A stretch of DNA of 64,000 nucleotides from Candidatus Cloacimonadota bacterium (GTDB lineage: Bacteria; Cloacimonadota; Cloacimonadia; Cloacimonadales; Cloacimonadaceae). The notes beneath the pieces were generated by a model. The model was not told where the DNA came from. It worked only from the letters and a program-made list of their open reading frames with translations, and made no database searches. Position 1 is the first letter of the stretch. Each line of letters opens with the position of its first letter. The DNA lies in contig JALOBT010000006.1 in the NCBI GenBank assembly GCA_023228125.1, forward strand, positions 7,005 through 71,004, in the 5' to 3' direction. Below, piece by piece: positions 37,445-47,143 of this stretch. A program made the translations under genes and the position numbers.

Positions 37445-38655
37445 TGTCTGTACTGGGAATTCTTAGAATCGCTCTAAAATCGCTTACCAAAAACAAAACC
37501 AGAACCTTCCTCACCATGCTCGGGATCATCATTGGCGTTGCTGCTGTGATCACTATGCTCGCCATCGGCCAGGGTGCCAAGACGATCGTGGAAGAGCAGG
37601 TAAATTCCATGGGCACAAACGTGATCATGGTGAATTCGAATTTCAGCCGCTCCAGTGTGCGTCAGGCTGCAGGCGGGGGAAATCTTCTCAATATGGAGGA
37701 CGTAAACGCTATCCGAGACCAGGTGCAAGATGTGCTTTATGTCTCACCGATTTACAATAGCTGGGGTCAGCTGAAATATGAAGGGAACAATTGGCGAGGT
37801 AGTGTGATGGGGGTAAATGCAGATTTCTTCTTTATTCGGGATATGAATACCTCTGCGGGTGAGCTCTTTTTTGATTCTGATGTGGAAAACGGCACCAAGG
37901 TCTGCGTAATCGGCAAGACCGTGGTGGATAACCTCTTTCAAGATGTGGATCCCATTGGCAAAATCATCCGCATCCGCAACATACCTTTCACTGTGCAAGG
38001 AGTGCTCACTGCCAAAGGCCAAAGTGTGATGGGTAACGATCAGGATGATATCGTAATCGCACCCTATACCACTGTTTATCAAAGGCTTTTGGGGCGAAAC
38101 TGGCGGGTGATGAGCATTCTGGTCTCAGCTACCAGCCGAGACGCTATTCACATCGTGCAACAAAACATCATGGACCTTCTGCAGGCCAGACACAGAGGCA
38201 CCACCAGCGAAGAATTCATCGTGAGTTCGCAGACCGACCTGGCGGAAACCGCAAGCAGCGTGTCCGATACCATGACCATCCTCTTGGCCTCGATCGCCGG
38301 CATCTCACTATTGGTGGGAGGCATCGGGATTATGAACATCATGCTGGTATCCGTCACAGAGCGCATCAAAGAGATCGGCATCCGCATGGCTGTGGGTGCG
38401 GGAAAACGTGATGTGCTGCTGCAATTCATCATCGAAGCGGTGGCCATCAGCTTTATAGGAGGACTGCTGGGCATCTTGCTCGGGCTGGTTGCGGCAAAAG
38501 TCCTGGGCGATACCATGGAATGGAATATCGTAGTCACAATGTGGTCAGTACTCCTTTCTGCGGGTTTCTCCATGGCTATCGGAATCTTCTTTGGTTGGTA
38601 TCCGGCCAAGAAGGCGGCCAATCTGAACCTTATTGATGCCCTAAGATATGAGTAA
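37444..38655 (+). CDS. ABC transporter permease (MacB_PCD + FtsX domain)
   Basis: 403 aa. Has an N-terminal TM segment, a periplasmic domain and the C-terminal FtsX block ERIKEIGIRMAVGAGKRDVLLQF. Confidence 0.9.
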   Translation: MSVLGILRIALKSLTKNKTRTFLTMLGIIIGVAAVITMLAIGQGAKTIVEEQVNSMGTNVIMVNSNFSRSSVRQAAGGGNLLNMEDVNAIRDQVQDVLYVSPIYNSWGQLKYEGNNWRGSVMGVNADFFFIRDMNTSAGELFFDSDVENGTKVCVIGKTVVDNLFQDVDPIGKIIRIRNIPFTVQGVLTAKGQSVMGNDQDDIVIAPYTTVYQRLLGRNWRVMSILVSATSRDAIHIVQQNIMDLLQARHRGTTSEEFIVSSQTDLAETASSVSDTMTILLASIAGISLLVGGIGIMNIMLVSVTERIKEIGIRMAVGAGKRDVLLQFIIEAVAISFIGGLLGILLGLVAAKVLGDTMEWNIVVTMWSVLLSAGFSMAIGIFFGWYPAKKAANLNLIDALRYE

Positions 38656-38792
38656 TGTCGAAACATTTTGGTCAAAAGCCTGAAATCAGATGATGAGAAT
38701 ATGCATAAAAAGTTAATAGCGCAAGATTTGCTTGACATAAACTTGGGCTATATAAAGCTGGCAAAAACAAAATAAACAATGGAGGAACCCAA

Positions 38793-40130
38793 ATGACCTT
38801 TAAAGAATTCATGGACAAAGTCACAGCTAAGAATCCGAACGAACCGGAATTTCTTCAGGCAGTAAAAGAAGTAATCGAAACTGTCTGGGACGCTTATGAG
38901 AGCAACCCCCGCTTCGTAAAAAACAACATCCTCGAGCGTATCGTTGAGCCCGAACGCACAATCATTTTCCGCGTACCTTGGATGGATGACAAAGGTGAAG
39001 TTCATGTAAACCGCGGCTATCGCGTCCAGTTCAATAGCGCGATCGGCCCCTACAAAGGCGGAATCCGTTTTCACCCCAGCGTGAATCTCTCAATCCTGAA
39101 GTTTTTGGGATTTGAACAAACTTTTAAAAATAGCCTTACTACCTTGCCGATGGGCGGGGGAAAAGGTGGCAGCGATTTTGACGCTCGCGGCCGTTCCGAC
39201 GCTGAAATCATGCGTTTTTGCCAATCCTTTATGGCTGAACTCTATCGCTATATTGGTGCTAATCTTGACGTTCCCGCCGGTGATATCGGAGTGGGCGCAC
39301 GCGAGATAGGATACTTCTTCGGTATGTACAAGAAGTTGGCCAACGAATTTACCGGCGTGATGACTGGTAAAGGCAGAACCTGGGGTGGCAGCCTGATTCG
39401 TCCGGAAGCTACCGGTTTTGGCGTAATCTACTTCGTTCAGGAAATGCTGAAGACCAAAGGCCAGACCCTTAAAGATAAGAGAGTGGCTCTTTCCGGCTTC
39501 GGTAACGTGGCCTGGGGCGCTGCCCAAAAAGTTACTGAGCTTGGTGGAAAGATTGTCACTATTTCTGGCCCAGACGGTTACATCTACGATGCAGCCGGTT
39601 TTGATGCCGAGAAGATCGAATACATGAGAGAGCTCCGCGCTTCCAATAACGATCGTGTGAAAGATTTCGCCGACAAATTCCCTGGTGCTGTCTTCCATGC
39701 TGGCAAACGTCCTTGGGGAGAGAAAGTGGATGTAGCCATCCCTGCCGCTACCCAAAACGAGCTTGATGTGAACGATGCCAAGGCTTTGATGGCGAATGGC
39801 GTACCTTGTGTATGCGAAGCTGCCAATATGCCTTGCACACCTGAAGCTATGGAAGTCTTTATGAAAGCCAGGATTCTCTTTGCTCCTGGTAAAGCTGCAA
39901 ATGCTGGTGGCGTGGCAACTTCTGGTCTGGAAATGACTCAGAACTCCATGCGCCTGAGCTGGAGCAGCGAAGAAGTGGATGAGAAGCTTCACGGCATTAT
40001 GCGCAATATTCACGAAGCTTGCGTAGCCAGTGGAACCGAAAAAGATGGCTATGTGAACTATGTGAAAGGCGCCAACATCGCCGGATTTCTCAAAGTTGCA
40101 GAAGCCATGTGCGATCAAGGTATCGTATAA
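38793..40130 (+). CDS. gdhA: NADP-specific glutamate dehydrogenase
   Basis: 445 aa. Contains GPYKGGIRFHPSVNLSILKFLGFEQTFKNSLTTLPMGGGKGGSDFD and the nucleotide-binding GFGNVAWGAA. GGAGGA SD sequence. Confidence 0.95.
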   Translation: MTFKEFMDKVTAKNPNEPEFLQAVKEVIETVWDAYESNPRFVKNNILERIVEPERTIIFRVPWMDDKGEVHVNRGYRVQFNSAIGPYKGGIRFHPSVNLSILKFLGFEQTFKNSLTTLPMGGGKGGSDFDARGRSDAEIMRFCQSFMAELYRYIGANLDVPAGDIGVGAREIGYFFGMYKKLANEFTGVMTGKGRTWGGSLIRPEATGFGVIYFVQEMLKTKGQTLKDKRVALSGFGNVAWGAAQKVTELGGKIVTISGPDGYIYDAAGFDAEKIEYMRELRASNNDRVKDFADKFPGAVFHAGKRPWGEKVDVAIPAATQNELDVNDAKALMANGVPCVCEAANMPCTPEAMEVFMKARILFAPGKAANAGGVATSGLEMTQNSMRLSWSSEEVDEKLHGIMRNIHEACVASGTEKDGYVNYVKGANIAGFLKVAEAMCDQGIV

Positions 40131-40156
40131 TTAACTGACTATATATCATAAGATAA

Positions 40157-40180
40157 GGCGGGAGCAATCCCGCCTTTTTT
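40157..40180 (+). terminator. rho-independent terminator after gdhA
   Basis: Stem GGCGGGA, loop GCAA, stem TCCCGCC, followed by TTTTTT. Confidence 0.85.
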
Positions 40181-40264
40181 ATGTTTTGCATAATTTAGCT
40201 TGACGGATTTTATGCTGTGGAAAACAATCAACACATGACCTATATTCTGACTTTAGGGGGTTAA

Positions 40265-42301
40265 ATGAATAACTACTTCATGGAGACCCATCACCATGAA
40301 TGGATTTTGACTAATAAGCTGGGAGCTTATGCACTGGGAACAGGAAACCTGATAAACCAGCGTAAGTACCACGGACTCTTGATCGCGAGCGACAAGAGCT
40401 TCAACCGCAATCATCTGGTTGCGGGGATTGAAGAAACAGTAGAATGGCGCGGAGAGACCATCCATCTGGATAGCAATAACTATAGTAATTGCATATTTCC
40501 AGAAGGTTTTCTGCATCTTGTAAAACCCTGGCTGCGTCCATATCCGGCTTTTTTGTATTCCGCGCTTCCGCATCAGGATGAGATCCTCATCCTCAAGGAG
40601 CTGATGATGGATTTGGACAGCAATTCCACAATGGTCAAATACACCAATCTGGGCCAACACAAATTGCACTTTGTGTTTAACCCGAAATACACCCTCTGTC
40701 CGCATCATGATATCAATAGCCATGGTAGCTTGGATTACGCCGAATTTGAGACAGGAATCCAGCAGGAAACGGATTATTCTGCCTTTTCTGCCCTGCGTCA
40801 GGACAATCAAATCGCAGTGTATGGAGCTGCGCTTCGAGGGGAAGTAATTGCTAACAAGTACGTTTATTACAATGTCTATTATCCCTGGGAAGTAATGAGC
40901 GGATACGCCGGAATCGGTGATCAGATTAGCTTTTTCCAGATAGCCTTTGATTTGGCTCCTGGTGAATCCAATGCCATAGTGTTTTCTGATGCCCCTATCG
41001 TAAATCCTTTGAAATTGATAGCCAATATCGAGGCCCGCTATGCAAAGCTGCCCAAGGCCATGGACTATCCCAAAGGCATGGATACCGATGGCACCTTGCT
41101 TTCAAGATTGGATTACAATGACAATCTCCTGTTTAACAGAAAGCAGTATCTCGAAATCCTGGAATTTGCCCTGATGGACTTTGTAACCAATGATGATATC
41201 GTGGCCGGATACCCCTTTTACGGAGCCTGGGGCCGAGATACCATGGTGGTGCTAAATGCCCTGTTACATGGGGGCAAATATCTGGATCTCGTCCAAAAGA
41301 TTCTCAAGAATTACAGTCGGCACATTGTGGGTGGTTTGATCCCCAATGTGTTTGCAGAAACAGGTCGCAAAGCGAATTACGATAGCATAGACGCCACGCT
41401 GTGGTACATCATCCTGCTCTGGAAACTGGGCAAAAAGAAGAATAGTAAAACCTATTGGAAAGAAGTGATCCACCTCACTGAGGATATCCTAAAATCCATT
41501 ATGAACCAGAATGAACACCTTTTTGAGCTTCGTGAAGATGGCTTGATCGAGCTCAGACCTGCCTTTGCACATGGAACCTGGATGGATGTGCGTATCGATG
41601 GCAAAGCTGTTACTCCCAGATGGGGCGCACCAGTGGAAATCAATGCCCTCTGGTACAACGCCCTGGCCAGCTACGAAGCTATGTGTGAAGCCTATAGCAC
41701 TCTATCTGCTACAAAGTTCAGGGCTAAAAAAGAATATCTCAGCACTAAGGCCAAAGTAAAAGCATCCTTTGGCAAATTTTGGAACGGAGACTACCTGGCA
41801 GACCGCCTGGAAGGCGACAAACAAATAGTCGAGATCAGACCCAATGCCTTGATCGCCTTATCGCTACCCTGGCCGGTGGTGGATGAAGACATCATGAAAA
41901 AAATCTGGGAGCGCTCCTTTGCCGAGCTTTATACTTATTATGGATTGCGGACGCTGAGCCCCAAAGACTCCAAGTTTCGCAAAAAGTATTATGGAACCCA
42001 AAGAGACCGAGATCTGGGCTATCACAATGGCAGTGTCTGGGCCTGGCTAATGGGGCCTTTCTGTGGCCTGTATGTGAAAGCCTATCGCAAGCAAAAGACG
42101 GATCAGGAATTGGCCGAAGACTTAAGCCATTTTATCGGTGTCTTAAGAAACAGCTTCATGCGGGGACACATTGCCTCTGTGGCAGAAGTATGGGATGGCG
42201 AAAATCCCCATTTCCCCAAAGGCGCACCGGCTCAAGCCTGGAGCGTGGCTGCATTATACAATATAGAAACCTTTATTGAATCTTTGGGGGTGAAATCATG
42301 A
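40265..42301 (+). CDS. amylo-alpha-1,6-glucosidase / glycogen debranching enzyme (GDE_C, GH133-type)
   Basis: 678 aa. Contains AGYPFYGAWGRDTMV and the C-terminal (alpha/alpha)6 motifs NGSVWAWLMGPF and AQAWSVA. Confidence 0.8.
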   Translation: MNNYFMETHHHEWILTNKLGAYALGTGNLINQRKYHGLLIASDKSFNRNHLVAGIEETVEWRGETIHLDSNNYSNCIFPEGFLHLVKPWLRPYPAFLYSALPHQDEILILKELMMDLDSNSTMVKYTNLGQHKLHFVFNPKYTLCPHHDINSHGSLDYAEFETGIQQETDYSAFSALRQDNQIAVYGAALRGEVIANKYVYYNVYYPWEVMSGYAGIGDQISFFQIAFDLAPGESNAIVFSDAPIVNPLKLIANIEARYAKLPKAMDYPKGMDTDGTLLSRLDYNDNLLFNRKQYLEILEFALMDFVTNDDIVAGYPFYGAWGRDTMVVLNALLHGGKYLDLVQKILKNYSRHIVGGLIPNVFAETGRKANYDSIDATLWYIILLWKLGKKKNSKTYWKEVIHLTEDILKSIMNQNEHLFELREDGLIELRPAFAHGTWMDVRIDGKAVTPRWGAPVEINALWYNALASYEAMCEAYSTLSATKFRAKKEYLSTKAKVKASFGKFWNGDYLADRLEGDKQIVEIRPNALIALSLPWPVVDEDIMKKIWERSFAELYTYYGLRTLSPKDSKFRKKYYGTQRDRDLGYHNGSVWAWLMGPFCGLYVKAYRKQKTDQELAEDLSHFIGVLRNSFMRGHIASVAEVWDGENPHFPKGAPAQAWSVAALYNIETFIESLGVKS

Positions 42302-43638
42302 AGATTCTGATGTTTACTTGGGAATTTCCCCCTCTCATTTCCGGCGGTCTGGGCATGGCCTGCTATGGGATGGTAAAAGCCCTCTTGAACTTGGGAATAA
42401 AGATTGATCTGGTCTTGCCCACCCGTGAAATGGTATATTTCCCCCTGCGCCTGGAAAGCGATGTAGATACCCTGCCAGTGGTTTTCTTTGATAAGGCTAA
42501 ACAAAGCAAGTTTGAAAAACTCAGCTTTAGCAATGAAAGCGAGCGTCTGGAGTATATCGGCATTTCTGACAGCCCGGAATCCTATTTCCAATTAGCTTCG
42601 ATCAAGCGTTATTCCATTTCTTTGAAAAAAGAATATTGGCTTTCGGAGAGAATGAGCAGCGAAGAACGTGATGTCTGGCGTGAAATGACTAACCACCTGA
42701 TCGGCGATGAAGACCTCATTCACAAGGTGCAGGAATTCACCCTGCGAGCAGAAAGAATAGCCAAACTCTTGGAATATGACCTGATCCACGCGCATGATTG
42801 GCTTACCTATCCTGCGGGAATGCTGGCCCGGAAGATCAGCACAAAGCCGCTGGTGGTGCATATCCATGCCACCGAATTTGACCGTGCCGGAGGCCCAGGA
42901 GATGAGCGAGTGCACAAGATCGAGCATGCCGGAATGACCTACGCAGACAAGGTGATAGCTGTATCAAAATACACGGCCCAGATGATTATGAGCCGCTACC
43001 GCATCGATACAGCCAAGATCCGCATCGTGCACAATGCCTTTACTGTTCCAGAAGACGCAATCTTCAGCAAAGACAGGATTTTCAAAGGACCTGTGATTCT
43101 CTTTTTGGGACGCATCACTCTTCAAAAAGGTCCGGATTACTTTCTTGAGATGGCGCAAAAGGTGCTGGAATCACATCCTGACGCCAGGTTTATCATGGCG
43201 GGAACAGGTGATATGAGCAGAAAGCTTTTGCGCAGCTCTGCTTCGCTCAAGCTAAAAAACCGTTTTCTCTTCACTGGATTCCTGAACCGTAAACAGGTGG
43301 AAAGAATCCTTAGGGCTTCTGATATCTATGTCTTGCCCTCCGTCTCAGAGCCTTTTGGCATCAGCCCCCTGGAAGCCATGGCCTACGGTATTACCTCCGT
43401 AATATCCAAGCAGTCCGGAGTGTCCGAAGTAGTGAATCATGCCTTCAAAATCGATTTCTGGGAAGTTGATCTCTGGGTGGATACCATCAATCATCTCATC
43501 GAAAACCCTGAAAAGAACAAAAAGATGGGCATTGATGGCATGCATGAGGTAAACAAAATCCAGTGGGATGAAGCTGCAGTGAAAATCCGCCAAATCTATT
43601 CTGCCACTTTGGCCGAATACATCCGCCATCAAAAATAA
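42298..43638 (+). CDS. glycogen-synthase-like glycosyltransferase (GT4/GT5)
   Basis: 446 aa. N-terminus MKILMFTWEFPPLISGGLGMACYG. C-terminal region SVSEPFGISPLEAMAYG. The start overlaps the upstream stop. Confidence 0.75.
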   Translation: MKILMFTWEFPPLISGGLGMACYGMVKALLNLGIKIDLVLPTREMVYFPLRLESDVDTLPVVFFDKAKQSKFEKLSFSNESERLEYIGISDSPESYFQLASIKRYSISLKKEYWLSERMSSEERDVWREMTNHLIGDEDLIHKVQEFTLRAERIAKLLEYDLIHAHDWLTYPAGMLARKISTKPLVVHIHATEFDRAGGPGDERVHKIEHAGMTYADKVIAVSKYTAQMIMSRYRIDTAKIRIVHNAFTVPEDAIFSKDRIFKGPVILFLGRITLQKGPDYFLEMAQKVLESHPDARFIMAGTGDMSRKLLRSSASLKLKNRFLFTGFLNRKQVERILRASDIYVLPSVSEPFGISPLEAMAYGITSVISKQSGVSEVVNHAFKIDFWEVDLWVDTINHLIENPEKNKKMGIDGMHEVNKIQWDEAAVKIRQIYSATLAEYIRHQK

Positions 43639-43651
43639 AGAGGAGATACTA

Positions 43652-44851
43652 ATGCTGAATATCATCTTTTACTTTCAGGTGCACCAACCCTATCGTCTCA
43701 GACACTACAACGTATTGGATATCGGTCAGGGAACTCCTATGTTTGATGACAAGCTGAATGGCGAGGTAATGAAAAAGGTCGCCCAAAAATGCTATTTGCC
43801 CACGAATGCCTTACTCTTGAAGCTTATCAAAGAGCATGAAGGCAGATTCAAGGTGGCGTTTTCCATCACCGGCACCGCTATCGAGCAATTCAAGCTCTAC
43901 AGTCCCGAGACCTTAGATTCATTCAAAGCCCTGGTAGATACAGGTTGTGTGGAGATTTTGGGGGAGACCTATTACCACTCTTTGAGCTTTTTATATGACT
44001 CCAATGAGTTTTTGGATCAGGTTCATATGCATCGGGATTTGATGATGCAGGAATTCTCTTATCACACAGAAACCTTTCGTAATACAGAGCTGATCTATCA
44101 GGATCGTCTCTCCGATCTTGTCTTTGAGATAGAAGGCTTTAAGACCATCCTTACCGAAGGTGTAGACCGCATTTTGCAATGGCGCTCTCCGCTGTATTCC
44201 TACAAGAACTATTCCAAACGGATCAATCTCTTGTTCAAATACTATCAATTGGCCGATGACATTGCGTTCCGTTTTTCCAATAGGGAATGGCCAGAGTATC
44301 CTTTGACGGTGGATAAATTCGTAAGATGGATAGACAAGCTGACCCTGAATGAAAGCAAAGGCCGCAATCAATTCCTCAATCTCTTCATGGATTATGAGAC
44401 CTTTGGGGAGCACCAATGGGCCGAGAGCGGTATCTTTGAATTTATGCGGCATTTCCCGGCGGAAGCACTGAAACATGAGCACCTGGGCTTTGCGCTTCCC
44501 AAAGATGCCACGAGCCTTTCAAATTACCAGCAGGAGTCCATTTCCTTTCCCGAAGCGGTTTCCTGGGCAGATGAAGAGCGTGACCTTTCGGCCTGGTTGG
44601 AAAACGACATGCAACACAATGCGATTGAGACCCTGTATGAACTCATTGATAAGATCAAGTCCAAGGGAGATGAAAAGCTCTTGACTCTTGCCCGCATGCT
44701 CAGCACATCAGATCATTTCTATTATATGTGTGCAAAGTACTTCCAGGATGGAGACGTGCACAAATATTTCTCGCCTTATGATTCTCCGGATCAGGCTTAC
44801 ATTTATTATATAAACGCTCTGGCAGAGCTGGAAGAAAAACTCCTGAGGTAA
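43652..44851 (+). CDS. glycoside hydrolase family 57 protein (alpha-amylase/branching-type)
   Basis: 399 aa. N-terminus FYFQVHQPYRL, then GCVEILGETYYHS and DYETFGEH. Confidence 0.8.
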   Translation: MLNIIFYFQVHQPYRLRHYNVLDIGQGTPMFDDKLNGEVMKKVAQKCYLPTNALLLKLIKEHEGRFKVAFSITGTAIEQFKLYSPETLDSFKALVDTGCVEILGETYYHSLSFLYDSNEFLDQVHMHRDLMMQEFSYHTETFRNTELIYQDRLSDLVFEIEGFKTILTEGVDRILQWRSPLYSYKNYSKRINLLFKYYQLADDIAFRFSNREWPEYPLTVDKFVRWIDKLTLNESKGRNQFLNLFMDYETFGEHQWAESGIFEFMRHFPAEALKHEHLGFALPKDATSLSNYQQESISFPEAVSWADEERDLSAWLENDMQHNAIETLYELIDKIKSKGDEKLLTLARMLSTSDHFYYMCAKYFQDGDVHKYFSPYDSPDQAYIYYINALAELEEKLLR

Positions 44852-44855
44852 AATT

Positions 44856-46277
44856 ATGACCAAAGGCAAAGTGCTAATCCTTGAAGACGATATCGTCCTG
44901 GCGGATCAGATCGCCTTGGTGCTGAAACGTTATTTCTATGAAGTCCTGATCACAGCAAATTCTGATCTGTTTTTTGAAGAACTCCGGGTCTTCAATCCCG
45001 ATGTTATCCTTTTGGATGTGTATCTGGTGGGCAGCAAGCTCAACGGCATCCAAGTGCTCAAACAGCTCAAAGAAAAGATGGATTTGAACTATAAAGTCAT
45101 CGTCATCTCTGGCGAAGTAACTTCTGCCCAGGCAAAAGAGATACGCACTCTGGGAGCCTATCACTTTATCGAAAAAGGCAGTAATTTTAGCATCAATCAA
45201 CTGCTTTTACATATAGACAATGCCATCACCCTGAAGCATCAGGAAGAAGAGCATATCGGCCTGCAGATCGAATACATCAATCTCAAAAAACAATTTACCC
45301 GCTCCTTCCCCTTCATCGGAGAAAGTCCGGCGATCAAAAAAGTGCGTGAGCAAATCCACAAATTGGCGGAAGTGAATGAAGACCTTTTCCTGATCGGAGA
45401 AACCGGTACAGGTAAGGAGGTGGCGGCAAATTATTATTACATCAGCTCCAGCCGTTTTGGCAAAGTCTTCCACACCTTGAATTGCTCCGCCCTCACCGAG
45501 ACTTTGATCGAAAGTGAGCTGTTTGGCCATGTCAAAGGTAGCTTTGGAAATTCTGATCGCAATAAAACTGGATTCTTTGAAGAATGCAGTGATGGCCTGC
45601 TCTTTTTGGACGAGGTCACCAATCTCTCCCTGGTTTCCCAATCCAAGATTCTGCGCGCTATTGAAAACAAAGAGATTCAAGTGGTGGGCGGCTCGATGAA
45701 GAAAGTAAATACCCGCCTTATCTTTGCTTCAAATGCGAAAATGAGCGTGCTGGCGAATCCTGATAAGTTCAGACGCGATCTCTTTTTCAGGATCGAAGGC
45801 AACATAGTGGAGCTGCCTCCCCTGCGGGAACGTGAAGAAGACATCTTGCTCTTGATGAGCTTTTTCCTTACCAATTTTTCCCACAAATACAATATCAATG
45901 ATCAGCTTGATCTTACCACCCTCAAGGATGATCTGCTCAGCTACGCCTGGCCCGGTAATATCCGCGAGCTTAGAAACTTCTGTAAGTTCATTATGATAAA
46001 TGAAAAGAGCATTACCAATGCCACCATTTTGAAGCACCTCAAACAGCGCATGAACGAAGACCATAACCCTCAGGAAGTGGATAATTCCAAATACATGCAA
46101 ATCCATAACCTCAAAGACAGCATGGTAGAATACGAAAGAGACTATCTGATTCACCAGCTCGAACGCAATAAATGGCATGTAACCAATACGGCAAGAAACA
46201 TCGGCATCGAACGCACCACTTTGTATAAAAAGATCAAGCAATTTGGCATCCATGCCCCTGCAGAAGCAAAGGACTAA
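44856..46277 (+). CDS. NtrC-family response regulator (REC + AAA+ sigma-54-interaction-type domain + Fis HTH)
   Basis: REC acidic pocket LILEDD / ILLDVY. Walker A GETGTGKE, Walker B LFLDEV, then ESELFGHVKGSFGNS and the C-terminal HTH NTARNIGIERTTLYKKIKQFGI. Confidence 0.85.
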   Translation: MTKGKVLILEDDIVLADQIALVLKRYFYEVLITANSDLFFEELRVFNPDVILLDVYLVGSKLNGIQVLKQLKEKMDLNYKVIVISGEVTSAQAKEIRTLGAYHFIEKGSNFSINQLLLHIDNAITLKHQEEEHIGLQIEYINLKKQFTRSFPFIGESPAIKKVREQIHKLAEVNEDLFLIGETGTGKEVAANYYYISSSRFGKVFHTLNCSALTETLIESELFGHVKGSFGNSDRNKTGFFEECSDGLLFLDEVTNLSLVSQSKILRAIENKEIQVVGGSMKKVNTRLIFASNAKMSVLANPDKFRRDLFFRIEGNIVELPPLREREEDILLLMSFFLTNFSHKYNINDQLDLTTLKDDLLSYAWPGNIRELRNFCKFIMINEKSITNATILKHLKQRMNEDHNPQEVDNSKYMQIHNLKDSMVEYERDYLIHQLERNKWHVTNTARNIGIERTTLYKKIKQFGIHAPAEAKD

Positions 46278-46279
46278 AT

Positions 46280-47143
46280 ATGCTGAAGGATAATCTCGGT
46301 CTGCGCCTCTTCGCCTTGTTATTGGCTATATTCTTATGGCTGCAATCCGCCTTGATCTCAGAGCAGCGCAGTGTGGTATCTCTACCTATCAATTTGCTTT
46401 CCGTGCCGCAAAACATCACCCTGGAGAATTTCCCCAGCTCGATCCCTTTTGCTGTGCGCGGCAAAGGCCTGGATATTATCCGTTTGATGATGGCCAAGCC
46501 CAGAGTGAATATAGATGCCAGTAAGATCACTCCGAATACAGACGTAATATCCTTGCAGGACTATTCCATAGACTTGCCTGATAATATCAATGTGAGCCTG
46601 CTGGGCCCTGCTGAATCCGACCAATTGACCATTCAGGCCGATATCTTTCATCAAAAGGTAGTTCCAGTCCAGCTTGACTTTGAAAACGCCTATACTGAGA
46701 ACCGCTTCAAAGAATTACGCTATAATATCGATCCAGATCGCGTGACCATCTTTGGCCAAAAAAAGAGAATTAGGAACGTGAATGCCATCCTTACCAAGAA
46801 GGTGGATCAAGAGACTTTGACAAATGACAGCGCCGAACTGAAGCTCAATATCCCTGCGGATATCACAAGCTCTGAAACTAAGGTTTTACTCACCATTTCC
46901 GGCGCAGATCAGGCCACCCGTGTCTTTCCCAATATAGCTTTACCAGCAGGCTATCTACCTGCCCGGGTGGCAGTAAGATTGCAAGCACCGGCCGCTGCGT
47001 TGGATGCTGTAAAGCCGAATCAAATCACAGCCCGGGTGAGTGATAAGGCGGATGAAAATGGACTTTATACGGTGGAGCTTACTCTGCCCGAAGGCACCCA
47101 GGCCATTGCTATCACCCCCAGTAAGGTGCGAGCTCGTAAATGA
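46280..47143 (+). CDS. YbbR-like domain protein
   Basis: 287 aa. N-terminal anchor LGLRLFALLLAIFLWL followed by repeated beta-rich YbbR-like segments. Confidence 0.65.
   Translation: MLKDNLGLRLFALLLAIFLWLQSALISEQRSVVSLPINLLSVPQNITLENFPSSIPFAVRGKGLDIIRLMMAKPRVNIDASKITPNTDVISLQDYSIDLPDNINVSLLGPAESDQLTIQADIFHQKVVPVQLDFENAYTENRFKELRYNIDPDRVTIFGQKKRIRNVNAILTKKVDQETLTNDSAELKLNIPADITSSETKVLLTISGADQATRVFPNIALPAGYLPARVAVRLQAPAAALDAVKPNQITARVSDKADENGLYTVELTLPEGTQAIAITPSKVRARK

Noticed and set aside
38148-38738. 196-aa minus-strand ORF
   Set aside because: It is antisense to the FtsX-type permease. Its composition (Ser/Met/Ala-rich) is typical of a shadow frame.
39090-40118. 342-aa minus-strand ORF
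   Set aside because: It lies entirely inside gdhA on the opposite strand and is a typical shadow ORF. The gdhA frame carries unmistakable GDH motifs.
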